A stretch of DNA of 64,000 nucleotides from Candidatus Dojkabacteria bacterium (GTDB taxonomy: Bacteria; Patescibacteriota; Dojkabacteria; B142; OLB20): contig JBHHUN010000003.1 of assembly GCA_046753765.1 (NCBI GenBank), positions 21,001 through 85,000 of the forward strand, written 5' to 3'. The translations under genes and the position numbers were made by a program. The notes under the pieces are model-generated. The model worked only from the letters and a program-made list of their open reading frames with translations, was not told the DNA's origin and ran no database searches. Positions 19,345 through 28,788 of the stretch are shown here, piece after piece (position 1 is the first letter of the stretch; each line of letters starts with the position of its first letter).

Positions 19345-22300
19345 CTAAGGCAGAGCAATAAACTGTTTCCCAAGCTCCCAGAAGTCTTTAGAGGTTCTCT
19401 GAGTGAGATTTTCGCTGTATTTAACGACATCGTTGTATGCTGGCATAGTTCCCTCCCACTGGGCATCAATTGCCCCCATATGGGTGAACAACATAGCTAT
19501 ATTGTCGCTTGATAGAGCCTGTCCGGCCCTTGCCTGCTCAAACACACTTCGCATGCCCTGTAGTTTACCAAGTGTCTCGTCGGCAATCTTGGACCTTGCC
19601 CCCCAGCCATCTCTGGATCGGTCAAGAAAGCGGGAAAACATCCAATCCCAGGCAAAGATTCCGACAAGCGGTCCACCGAGACTTGGAAGCATGCTTGCAA
19701 ACTGTAAACCCAGAAATGGCACGCTAACGTGAGCGAACCCAAGAATCACGGAGGTGTAGATCGTCCACCTCAGGATCTTATTCACTTTTGCAAGCCAACC
19801 CCAAAGCTTCTTTTTGTACTTGGCAACATTTGCAAATTCGTCCATCTGCTGCAACCGCTCCTGATACCTAAAAAATAGATCAAGGGCAAGCTTTTTATTT
19901 GCTATCTCGCCATCTATATTGCCGTCTATTGTGCCCTTCTCCTTAGTTTTTATCAGGTTGCCGTCATCATCTCTTGCGAGTTGTCCAGTATCCGTTAACT
20001 CAAATCCAAATAGATGTGCAAGTTCTGCGGCCGAGACTCCAGGTACTGGAGGGTAGTCTATGAAGAATCCTTGAGGTGTTTTCTTTTTGATTGATGCGGT
20101 TTTTGAGTATTCACCCTGAAAGTACCTTATCATTCTGCCACGGGGGCCGAACGTTTCGCGTCTAATGACTACAACTGACTTACCTTTGTCGTCTGTTACA
20201 GTCGTGTAACCGTCTCGCTCAAGAGATGCCAGAGCTGCTCTATCGAGTCGTGGCAGCTTTATGTCTTGATTTTTACTGTCTTTTGGGTACGGTGAGAGAT
20301 TATCTAACCACTCCTGTGCGGGGACCGGGCTTCCTTGATCGTCTCGAAAAGGTTTTCCCTCATCATCCCTCCGGTAGGCTATATCGAATCCGTAAACACC
20401 GACCTCCATAATCCTCTTTGCTTTAGCTTTGAACATATGTCGTATGAAGTCTTTGACAATCTCGGTGTCCACGTACAATGCTTCATTCCCATGCCCAATT
20501 CGTACATCAATATTGGGCCAGGTCCCCTTCCCGTCTGGGCTTCCCTCCGGGACTGTTGATTCTGGCCCATGGCCATATTCCAGTCTTTTCATCCTGTCGA
20601 GTAGTTCGTAAAGCGTGAAGTGGTCTCCAGGAATGTTGTTATCAGAAAACGTTGACTTGTCTTCACGCATCATTGCATCAGCTATCAGAGCGAATGCATC
20701 AGAGATGCTCTTTTTCTCATCGGCAATATCGTATTTTGTTGCGTCGCGTTCTTTTGGATCTATCATTTCGATAATATCTCCCTTCAGACTGTCAGACATC
20801 TGACCTTTCCGAAGCCTGGATTCTCCATCAAAGGCATCACTTACACCTTCTCCTAAGAGGGTGTCACCTGTCAGACTTGTTGTAATACTCGCTGGAAACC
20901 CTCCCAATTGTGCAAGTACAGGGTTTTGTCGGTGTTCATCAATCTCTTTAAACCCCTGCCAACCAGCAACAAATCTGCCCGACGTAACGTCTTGTTCAAA
21001 CCCACCGATAGCTTCGAGAATTATCAAAGTTTCACTTGAGCTTCTGCCGGACTGTTGAAGTTCGTAAGCTATTGATTGTGAGTGTTGTTCGACTGTGTCT
21101 CGTGCGTGCGGTGAGGTTAGTTTAGCTCTAACATCTTGATGCGGTGCAATAAACAGTCGTTTTCGTAGGTCTTTCAAGATTGGAAGTGTTCCCAACCCTC
21201 CGGGTAGACCTTTGCCTATTGGATCCGCTCCTAATTGCTCTGTAAAGAATATTCCTCCGACTTTGCTCCCCAGACGTTTTCCTAGTACTTTTTTAAATGC
21301 TCCCATTCCATATGCACCAAAAGCTTCATTCATTTTGTAAGGAGTTATGCCCAAAATATCCAGAGGGTTCCAAAACCCCTTAAGGAAGAACAGGGCGCCC
21401 CCCCTCGTGTCTTCGTGAGGGATAGACTTTGTTCCGATCATTGAGTGCCAAAGATTCACCTTGTTTCTCTGGAGTGTCTTTCCCGGATTGAGGTCGCTAC
21501 GCAGGTATTTCACCATGTTTGCTGAGTAGTGTCCCTGGTACCTGGTCATTATGTTGCCATTTTTATCTATTAGGATTTTCAGGTGCTGCGACTGGTCACC
21601 AATGTTGTCTTCGCCTATCATTTCGCGAATCTGCTCGTTGAAACCCTCTTCCAAAGATCGCCTTCGTGTTTCGTAATCGTTCTTTGACACATCTCCGTCT
21701 TCAAATTGGCTATCTAGGTTCTTGAGTGCTGTGTTGAAGTCTTCGCGTATGCTAAAAAGATCTTCTGCAGATCCTGAGTAGGTTGTCTCTCCGCTTTGTG
21801 GGTCAATAGAATCTACGGTGGGCATATTGATACCTTCGAACAGCTCAGGGTATCTTCTTTTTAGTCTCGTTAAGAATCCAGGCAGGTGATCGACGGTTCT
21901 GGTGCCGTTTTGTTCCAACAGAATGGCCATTGAAACTCTCGCTTTTTTGTATTTTGTAAACAACTCCAGGTATGTTTCCTCATCTTCTTCACCGAGTTCA
22001 ACGCGAGTTTTTAGTTCGAGGAGTTTGTCATGTATGCCATTTATGGCTTTGACGGTCATTCCGGCTACTATTTCATGCTCTGTAATTACACCTTCCGCGC
22101 CTAGTTTCTCGGGGTTGATTCCTATCTCCGCCATAGTAAGGCGTTCAGTAATTGGTCTCATATAAAGTGCTGAGCCAATCTCTTCAAGGTGTGGTGGTTC
22201 GGAGAGAGCCTCGTGCAGACGCTTAGCTCTTTCGGCTCGTCTGCTGCCCCCCCTATCGGTGATATGCTCTGAAAACAGCCGAACATCCTGTTCTAGCCTC

Positions 22301-24522
22301 TGTGTGTGGTCGGTGTCGGCCATATAGTCGGGTGTTACCAAATACCTCCTCGCTTCAGCAAGGAAATCCTGAAGCTGGGGGTGAGATTTCATCTGCTCAG
22401 AAGCCACCCTGTTTAGCTCGTCAAGTGCCTTCAGTTTCGCTGCCTTTTCTGCATCGGTTTTTGCAGTCTCAGGAATATTAAGTTCAGACCTGTGAATTGA
22501 TCTGAAATAGTCCAGGACCAACCTGCGACTTAAGATTTTGGCTCTTGCTTCAGCCTGAGCGGCTTCCAATGCCTGCTTCACCTGATGCCCAAGCTCGTGC
22601 ATGGTAGAGCTGTCGCTAGCTATTATCAGTCTGTCTACGTTACCAATGACTGCACCCGCGGGAACTGCTTCTCCGGGGCCAAACTCTTTGCCGTAAATCA
22701 CTGCGAACAGTTGTTGAATCTGGCTCTGTTCCATAATGAGCGCTGGTCCAGCTGCTGTGATCTCTACTCTGACACTGGGATTGTCTGCTAACTCCGAGAT
22801 AACTCCGGTAATCTGTTCTTTGTTTATTTCTACAGGGTTACCGTCTTCGTCAGTTGCTCCAGCAAGTTCACTGAACATCTGAGTCAGTGCAAATTCCTTT
22901 TGAGCCTGAAGCCCCCTCTGCTCAGCTTCGTATCTTTCGGTTGGACTTAGACTATCGAGGTGTTCGTTTCCCTCCTTCACGAGCGATGCGATTGTCTGAT
23001 CCCGATTTTCGCCAAAAACACCCAGGTAGTAGTGCCGCATGTGGTCAGCCATTTTGTTGTTCCTTTCGACAAGTGTGTCAACCAGGGTGTCTATCTCTAG
23101 ATGTGCTCTTTGCAGATACGGCAGTTTTTCTCCATCACTTCTCAACTGGGCCATCTCTTTTTCGTTGAAATATTGTCCGTATGCCTTTAGGATCCTTTCT
23201 CTGATTGCGTTTCTCGTCGAATCTCCATGACTGTACTCACCACCTTTGGTGGGACTGACACCTTCAATTATCCTTGTGCCAATCTCAACTGCGTTGACTG
23301 GGTCAAGGAACATGTCGGCAACAAACTCATTCATTACTATCTCATTTGCGGCAGCTATCTTACCTGACGCAGATACCGGTCTGCCTCCAGCCAGAGCCTC
23401 AGTGGCTGCTCCGGTTAGCTCTTCTACAGCTCTTTGTCTGACCTTTGCGAGCTCACGGATAAGACTTTTCTGGTCCATCGCCTCTATGTTACTCCCCCCC
23501 GGGCTGAGCACCTGCTCCACTTCGTCTTTGATATCTGCCTCTTTTTCCGCCAAGGTTCTAGCTTCTGCTGGTTTTTCTCTTGCTTCAGGCATTTTTGCTC
23601 GGACGGTTTCGCCTACAGTTCCCACTTCCACTTTCTCGGGTGGCCCAGGTCGCCCGGTGGTATCGAGCAGATCTTCAGGTTGCGCTTCTGAAACTATTTC
23701 CAGCTCTTCGGTGGCTACCTCTGTTTCTGTTGCTTCTACGGCGGTTGCCTTAGCCGGCGGGTCACCAATAAGTTCATGTATCTCTGCTTCAGTGAACCCC
23801 TTGCTAAGTAAGTACTGCTTTCTTTTCGAATGCTCGGCTCTAGTCATGAAAACCAGTCTGAGCCTGGCCCAACGCTTAACTAAGGCACTCTTTATTTGGC
23901 TGAAAAAATTGATCTTCTTCTTTTTGCGAACCTCGTTTTCATCCTGCTCCAACCTGTCTCTTACTTTGTCAGCCTCTGCAAGTGCATATTTTGCCTGTTC
24001 GTCTACTTCGGGATCACTAATCTCTGATTGGACTTCCGCAAGTTCCTTTGGATCAGGCTCTTCTTTTGCTTCGGGTAGCGGAGTTTGCTCTGTTTCAACT
24101 GTGATATTCGCGAGCTCGTGTCTTGCTACTTCACGCAGCACTTCCTCTTCATGTGCCTGAAGCTCACCGCTTTCTCTTAATTGCCTGAGGATTAATTCGA
24201 CCTCAAGTGGCGACTTTGCACTTCTGATCTTTGTTTTTATTTCGGCTGAGATTTTTGGAAGAACAAATGCGGCTGCACTAAGTAGTCTTTTATCGACCTG
24301 CGCTGGGTTTATCCACCTAAGCTGAGGTGATTCATGAACGCTGCTACTTGCAGCAGGAGTTAGTGGTTCATGTCCATTCCCTGAGATATCCGGAGCCTCT
24401 GCAGCCGCCTCGACTGTTGCCGCATCAGCATCTTTTTGAGCTTTTGGCAAGCGAGGTTCCTCCCCGGTTCCAGAAGGATGGGTTCTTTCTTTTGGTGGTG
24501 TTGGTGCAAGTCCTATTGCCAT
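19345..24522 (-). CDS. Giant hypothetical protein with HEXXH (HELGH) motif and C-terminal hydrophobic segments
   Basis: 1725-aa uninterrupted ORF. RLIIASDSSTMHELGHQV zincin-like motif; hydrophobic WTIYTSVILGF..LVGIFAWDW near the C-terminus. Confidence 0.8.
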   Translation of the reverse strand: MAIGLAPTPPKERTHPSGTGEEPRLPKAQKDADAATVEAAAEAPDISGNGHEPLTPAASSSVHESPQLRWINPAQVDKRLLSAAAFVLPKISAEIKTKIRSAKSPLEVELILRQLRESGELQAHEEEVLREVARHELANITVETEQTPLPEAKEEPDPKELAEVQSEISDPEVDEQAKYALAEADKVRDRLEQDENEVRKKKKINFFSQIKSALVKRWARLRLVFMTRAEHSKRKQYLLSKGFTEAEIHELIGDPPAKATAVEATETEVATEELEIVSEAQPEDLLDTTGRPGPPEKVEVGTVGETVRAKMPEAREKPAEARTLAEKEADIKDEVEQVLSPGGSNIEAMDQKSLIRELAKVRQRAVEELTGAATEALAGGRPVSASGKIAAANEIVMNEFVADMFLDPVNAVEIGTRIIEGVSPTKGGEYSHGDSTRNAIRERILKAYGQYFNEKEMAQLRSDGEKLPYLQRAHLEIDTLVDTLVERNNKMADHMRHYYLGVFGENRDQTIASLVKEGNEHLDSLSPTERYEAEQRGLQAQKEFALTQMFSELAGATDEDGNPVEINKEQITGVISELADNPSVRVEITAAGPALIMEQSQIQQLFAVIYGKEFGPGEAVPAGAVIGNVDRLIIASDSSTMHELGHQVKQALEAAQAEARAKILSRRLVLDYFRSIHRSELNIPETAKTDAEKAAKLKALDELNRVASEQMKSHPQLQDFLAEARRYLVTPDYMADTDHTQRLEQDVRLFSEHITDRGGSRRAERAKRLHEALSEPPHLEEIGSALYMRPITERLTMAEIGINPEKLGAEGVITEHEIVAGMTVKAINGIHDKLLELKTRVELGEEDEETYLELFTKYKKARVSMAILLEQNGTRTVDHLPGFLTRLKRRYPELFEGINMPTVDSIDPQSGETTYSGSAEDLFSIREDFNTALKNLDSQFEDGDVSKNDYETRRRSLEEGFNEQIREMIGEDNIGDQSQHLKILIDKNGNIMTRYQGHYSANMVKYLRSDLNPGKTLQRNKVNLWHSMIGTKSIPHEDTRGGALFFLKGFWNPLDILGITPYKMNEAFGAYGMGAFKKVLGKRLGSKVGGIFFTEQLGADPIGKGLPGGLGTLPILKDLRKRLFIAPHQDVRAKLTSPHARDTVEQHSQSIAYELQQSGRSSSETLIILEAIGGFEQDVTSGRFVAGWQGFKEIDEHRQNPVLAQLGGFPASITTSLTGDTLLGEGVSDAFDGESRLRKGQMSDSLKGDIIEMIDPKERDATKYDIADEKKSISDAFALIADAMMREDKSTFSDNNIPGDHFTLYELLDRMKRLEYGHGPESTVPEGSPDGKGTWPNIDVRIGHGNEALYVDTEIVKDFIRHMFKAKAKRIMEVGVYGFDIAYRRDDEGKPFRDDQGSPVPAQEWLDNLSPYPKDSKNQDIKLPRLDRAALASLERDGYTTVTDDKGKSVVVIRRETFGPRGRMIRYFQGEYSKTASIKKKTPQGFFIDYPPVPGVSAAELAHLFGFELTDTGQLARDDDGNLIKTKEKGTIDGNIDGEIANKKLALDLFFRYQERLQQMDEFANVAKYKKKLWGWLAKVNKILRWTIYTSVILGFAHVSVPFLGLQFASMLPSLGGPLVGIFAWDWMFSRFLDRSRDGWGARSKIADETLGKLQGMRSVFEQARAGQALSSDNIAMLFTHMGAIDAQWEGTMPAYNDVVKYSENLTQRTSKDFWELGKQFIALP

Positions 24523-24532
24523 ATCAAGACTA

Positions 24533-24541
24533 ATTATATCA
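24533..24541 (-). promoter_or_regulatory. Extended -10 element for the giant gene
   Basis: TGATATAAT on the minus strand, 10 nt upstream of ATG 24522. Confidence 0.5.
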
Positions 24542-24668
24542 TCCGAACTCTCCTATCAGCATATAATCTTTACTGCTGTTTTACAATCGATTCGGTACAT
24601 GTCCGTCTTGTTTTTTGTTTCCATTCGTGTAAACTATTACTAATAATACTTGTTTAGTTCAAGAAAAT

Positions 24669-25622
24669 ATGGCAATACCGAATGTATCACCTAATCCACA
24701 GAATCCCGACCCTGCAGCGGGCGGAGCGTCACCAGCTCCAGGGGGGACACCTGCACCATCAGGTCCGGTTACACCTGTAACACCATTGAATAACGCTCCG
24801 CAGATTAGTGATCCGTCTGCAGTTCCCGGGGCAACACCAGTTTCAGCAGACCCTGGGTCGGTCGACCCAGTAGATCCAGCTGCAACACCGGTGATGCCGC
24901 CAACCGATATGTCTGCGCCGTCTGTAGATCCGGCAACTCCAGTGGATACTTCAGTTTCAGGGTTACCGCCCGTAACAGAAGGAACAACACCAGCAACACT
25001 TGAACCCACGGCAACACCTACTGCAGCTGACAAATCCACGGCAACACCTGCAGCTGACACTGCAGTGTCTGACGTAACCGCAGGGATTGATGCAGCACAA
25101 AGTGCAGCAACCGGCACAGCCTCACCAGATAGTACTCTAGCGGGAATAGTTGAAACACCTGGCCCAGCAATAGGCGGAGAACCAAGGGCTACTGGTGACA
25201 CCCCGCCACCCCCAAGCCAGGGACAGATGCAGAGTGATCCTGACCCAGTAGCAGGTAGTAGCTCGCCCGCACAGCCTTCAACAGCAGAGTTGCAGCCGAT
25301 AGCTCCTTCACCTACGACTGAGGCGCCACCCGTTCAAGCAGCGGATACTTCATCCGCATTGCCACCGACTCCTATGGCCGTACCGCCAGCAGCACCCACG
25401 ACGGCTAACGCAATGGCAACCCCGGGACTCGCTCCTGATGCAGGTGCTGGCACCCTTCCCGGTGCACTTCCACCACTCGGAGAAGAGGCTCCAGGAGCTG
25501 AAAAAAAAAGTAAGGGTGGCAGAAGAGGGTTGATTTTAATCATTGCTCTGGTCATCATTATTGGTATTATCCTCTTTCTGGTAGGTGTGATGTTGGCATC
25601 TGGCTTACAACTTCCGTTTTAA
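24669..25622 (+). CDS. Pro/Ala/Thr-rich low-complexity protein with C-terminal TM anchor
   Basis: About 280 aa of P/A/T/D-rich sequence, then KKSKGGRR and a long hydrophobic stretch. Confidence 0.75.
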   Translation: MAIPNVSPNPQNPDPAAGGASPAPGGTPAPSGPVTPVTPLNNAPQISDPSAVPGATPVSADPGSVDPVDPAATPVMPPTDMSAPSVDPATPVDTSVSGLPPVTEGTTPATLEPTATPTAADKSTATPAADTAVSDVTAGIDAAQSAATGTASPDSTLAGIVETPGPAIGGEPRATGDTPPPPSQGQMQSDPDPVAGSSSPAQPSTAELQPIAPSPTTEAPPVQAADTSSALPPTPMAVPPAAPTTANAMATPGLAPDAGAGTLPGALPPLGEEAPGAEKKSKGGRRGLILIIALVIIIGIILFLVGVMLASGLQLPF

Positions 25623-25701
25623 ACACCATATCGTTGGTTGAAACTAATACTTGTCATCATATCGGCAATTATGCTATTAGTTCTATATATCAGGACTACA
25701 G

Positions 25702-26649
25702 ATGTTTATTGATAAGGTGAAAGTAAACGTTATCGCAGGTGCAGGAGGCGCGGGTGCAGTTTATTTTGCATCAAATGGTAAACCCAACGGCGGTGACGGC
25801 GGCAAAGGTGGTGATGTGATTCTTGAAGGATCCAGCAATATAAAGGATCTCTCGGGATACAACAAACGCGACCTATTCAAGGCAGAAGATGGTATTCCTG
25901 GAGGAAGGGAAAGAAAACGTGGCAGTTCTGGCAAAGACCTTGTTCTCAAGGTACCCATTGAGACAGCCGTCATAGATGAAGATGGTGAGATTGCCACCAC
26001 AATTACCAAATCGGGTCAAAGATATACTTTTCTCGAGGGTGGTCGAGGGGGGCTTGGCAACTATAACTTCCGTGCCGGACAAAAAAACACACTTACAAAA
26101 CACACCCCCGGAAGTCCCGGTGAGGAATTTAAAGGTTTTCTCGAACTTAGAATAGTTGCTGACGTTGTCTTTATTGGTTTCCCCAATGCAGGGAAATCAA
26201 GCATGTTGAATGCGCTCACAAATGCAAGCGTTAAGGTTGCAGCCTACCCCTTCACAACCCTCAACCCAAATATTGCAATCGCAGACGATCTCACCCTGCT
26301 TGACCTGCCAGGATTAATTAGAGGAACTGCAAAGGGGAAAGGTCTCGGCACCAGGTTTACAAAACACATCAGCAGGGCTGGAATGATAGCTCATTTCATA
26401 AGTCTTGAGTCTGAAGATATTCTGGAGAGGTACGAATCGATGCGTGAAGAGCTTTCGGAGATAGATGAAACGCTTATAAATATCCCTGAACTAATAGTAC
26501 TCACTAAATCCGATCTCATCCCTCCAGAGCAAAGAAGTGCCACGGCAGACAAACTGAAGAAAATGGGGAAACATGCTATTATTACATCTATATACGATAT
26601 AGATTCGCTTCAGTCACTGCTCAATTTATTTAAGAAGATAATTTCATGA
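25702..26649 (+). CDS. obgE: Obg/CgtA GTPase (short form)
   Basis: MFIDKV..GGDGGKGG Gly-rich Obg fold; GFPNAGKSS, YPFTT, DLPG and TKSD motifs. Confidence 0.95.
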   Translation: MFIDKVKVNVIAGAGGAGAVYFASNGKPNGGDGGKGGDVILEGSSNIKDLSGYNKRDLFKAEDGIPGGRERKRGSSGKDLVLKVPIETAVIDEDGEIATTITKSGQRYTFLEGGRGGLGNYNFRAGQKNTLTKHTPGSPGEEFKGFLELRIVADVVFIGFPNAGKSSMLNALTNASVKVAAYPFTTLNPNIAIADDLTLLDLPGLIRGTAKGKGLGTRFTKHISRAGMIAHFISLESEDILERYESMREELSEIDETLINIPELIVLTKSDLIPPEQRSATADKLKKMGKHAIITSIYDIDSLQSLLNLFKKIIS

Positions 26650-27974
26650 TGAAGTTTCTGTTTGCCCTTGCTCTTATTGCCCTGGTATTCGTTGGAGGAC
26701 TGATAATTCTTCCACGATCAAACCTGTCTGGTGCAGATTCGTTTATCCTTGTCCTCGAAGAAGGAGAAGTATTTTACAAGACATCCGGTGAGTACATCCA
26801 GCTCGACAGTGATGAGATAAAGCTTGAATCAGGCACTTTTGTTAAGACAGGTGACGGGCTGGCACATGTAATCCTTGCGGATAATTCACTGATCTCTATG
26901 GACAAAGATACAGAGATGCAGGTTAGTTTCGATGATGAGGGAACAGATATCCAGCAACTGATTGGCAACACGTGGCACAGAGTCCAGAAACTATCATCTG
27001 ACCAGGAGTACGAGGTCGAGACACCAAATCTTCTGGCGGCTGTCCGGGGAACAAAGTTTGGCGTAAATGTGGCAGGGAGTGATGACTCTGAGGTGTTTGT
27101 TGTTGAAGACACTGTCAAGGTTGGTGAGTTTGAAAAAAAAGATGGGAAGAGGGTGTTCAAAGACAGTTATGATCTTGTAAAAGATAAGCACTTTGCCCTC
27201 AGAGAGGGCAAAACCGAGATGGGCGAGATACAGGAGACGCTCAGAAAGATGTCCTGGTTTATTAACAACACTAAGCTCGATACGGAGTTTGATAAAGCTG
27301 ATTTCAGTGAGTTTAAGAGCAATTTTAGAGAGAGGATCATCCTGAAACTCCGTCCGGAGCTGATAGACAAAATCCAAGACAACAGAGACGGTATACTCAA
27401 TAGAGTTGAGATCATCGAAGAGAGAATAACGCTTGGCGAGATTCTAAACAGATACCGCCTCGAAACATCTGGAAGTGACCTTTGCAGCAATGTGAACAAC
27501 ACCACTCAATTTGATGAGGACGTTGATCTACTGGCTGGTGCAATGGATCAATCTACAGATCATGCTGATCAGCTTGGCTCAGTGCTCGACTACATGGGCA
27601 CAGTTGAGGCAGCATGTGAAGATGGAAAGATCGATGAAGGCGAGAAAGCTGATATGAAGCAGATACTGGGACCAGTTGATTTTGACAGTCAAGTCGATAC
27701 AATTGGTTTTAGCGAGTTTGAGTCTGCAATAGCAAGCAGGCTTGACTTGTATCTGAATATTGTTGACGATGGTCGAGATATATGCGAGAACTATAAAAAC
27801 AGATCAGCCGATGACATCCTTTCTGAGTTGACTGCACTTGAGATTCAGTATGATATTGAGCCTCGGGTTGCTGAGGACCTTGGAGAACAGGTGCGAACAA
27901 TAAGTAACGCATGTGAGGACGGATGGATTAACCAGTCAGAGCATAATATTCTATTCCAGTTATCGGACACTTGA
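26646..27974 (+). CDS. FecR-domain protein with duplicated Cys-containing C-terminal module
   Basis: N-terminal TM; VKTGDG, ETPNLLAAVRGTKFGV and VFVVEDTV FecR motifs; two ACEDG repeats. Confidence 0.8.
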   Translation: MMKFLFALALIALVFVGGLIILPRSNLSGADSFILVLEEGEVFYKTSGEYIQLDSDEIKLESGTFVKTGDGLAHVILADNSLISMDKDTEMQVSFDDEGTDIQQLIGNTWHRVQKLSSDQEYEVETPNLLAAVRGTKFGVNVAGSDDSEVFVVEDTVKVGEFEKKDGKRVFKDSYDLVKDKHFALREGKTEMGEIQETLRKMSWFINNTKLDTEFDKADFSEFKSNFRERIILKLRPELIDKIQDNRDGILNRVEIIEERITLGEILNRYRLETSGSDLCSNVNNTTQFDEDVDLLAGAMDQSTDHADQLGSVLDYMGTVEAACEDGKIDEGEKADMKQILGPVDFDSQVDTIGFSEFESAIASRLDLYLNIVDDGRDICENYKNRSADDILSELTALEIQYDIEPRVAEDLGEQVRTISNACEDGWINQSEHNILFQLSDT

Positions 27975-28537
27975 AGATCTATACCAAAAAAGGTGACAAG
28001 GGAAAAACATCACTTTTGGATGGTATCAGAGTGAATAAGGCAGATCCAATTATTGAAGCAATAGGTATTGTTGACGAGCTCAATGCTATTATAGGTGTGA
28101 TTACGGCCAGCAATCTAAAACAAAGTTCAGATTACAATCTAAATCGAATACAGGGGGATTTGTTTAGCGTAGGGGCGGACCTTGCCACACCATTGGACAA
28201 CTCTGAACAACGTGATATTGGGCACAAAGCGCTACGCATAAAAAGTGAACATATTAAAAGACTTGAAGGTGAGATAGACGAATGGGATCAACGGCTCGAC
28301 TCTCTGAATAACTTCATACTTCCCGGTGGCAGTGAAGCTGGCGCACTATTGCATCTTGCTCGTACTGTTTGCAGAAGAGCTGAGTGCGCGGTTGCAAAAG
28401 CCCAAAGACAAGTTGAAATCAATCCCAGGATTATAACGTACTTAAACAGACTGTCTGACTGGTTATTCGTGCTTGCAAGAACTGTCAATAAGCAAGAGGG
28501 AATTGCTGAGGTTGTCTGGTCATCTCAAAAAGAATAG
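27971..28537 (+). CDS. pduO: ATP:cob(I)alamin adenosyltransferase, PduO type
   Basis: KIYTKKGDKGKT, GIVDELNA, FILPGG, RTVCRRAE, YLNRLSDWLF. Confidence 0.95.
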   Translation: MKIYTKKGDKGKTSLLDGIRVNKADPIIEAIGIVDELNAIIGVITASNLKQSSDYNLNRIQGDLFSVGADLATPLDNSEQRDIGHKALRIKSEHIKRLEGEIDEWDQRLDSLNNFILPGGSEAGALLHLARTVCRRAECAVAKAQRQVEINPRIITYLNRLSDWLFVLARTVNKQEGIAEVVWSSQKE

Positions 28538-28564
28538 TGTAATCTTGTTGTAGAGGTTAACGAG

Positions 28565-28771
28565 ATGAATCATAGCAAGAAAAAAACAGAATCCGACGGT
28601 TATAAACTCGATCAGGTTATTTTGGGGGTTGCGGTTGGAGTTCTTGTCGCTTCAATGATAATAAGTGTTATCACTTTCTACTCCGTAAAAGAGATAAACG
28701 AGACTACCAGGGATACGCTGCAGCTTGTGCAGGAGAAAATCATTGAACTTGAAGATGTAAACACAAAGTAA
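28565..28771 (+). CDS. Small single-TM protein
   Basis: 68-aa ORF with one TM, similar to the N-terminus of the next gene. Confidence 0.65.
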   Translation: MNHSKKKTESDGYKLDQVILGVAVGVLVASMIISVITFYSVKEINETTRDTLQLVQEKIIELEDVNTK

Positions 28772-28788
28772 ATTTTATTGCAGCAGAG

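Noticed and set aside
23246-24160. 304-aa + strand ORF
   Set aside because: Ser-rich antisense shadow of the Glu/Ala-rich part of the 1725-aa gene.
24659-25201. 180-aa - strand Gly/Val/Ala-rich ORF
   Set aside because: Antisense mirror of the Pro/Thr/Ala-rich gene, which has the sensible TM anchor.
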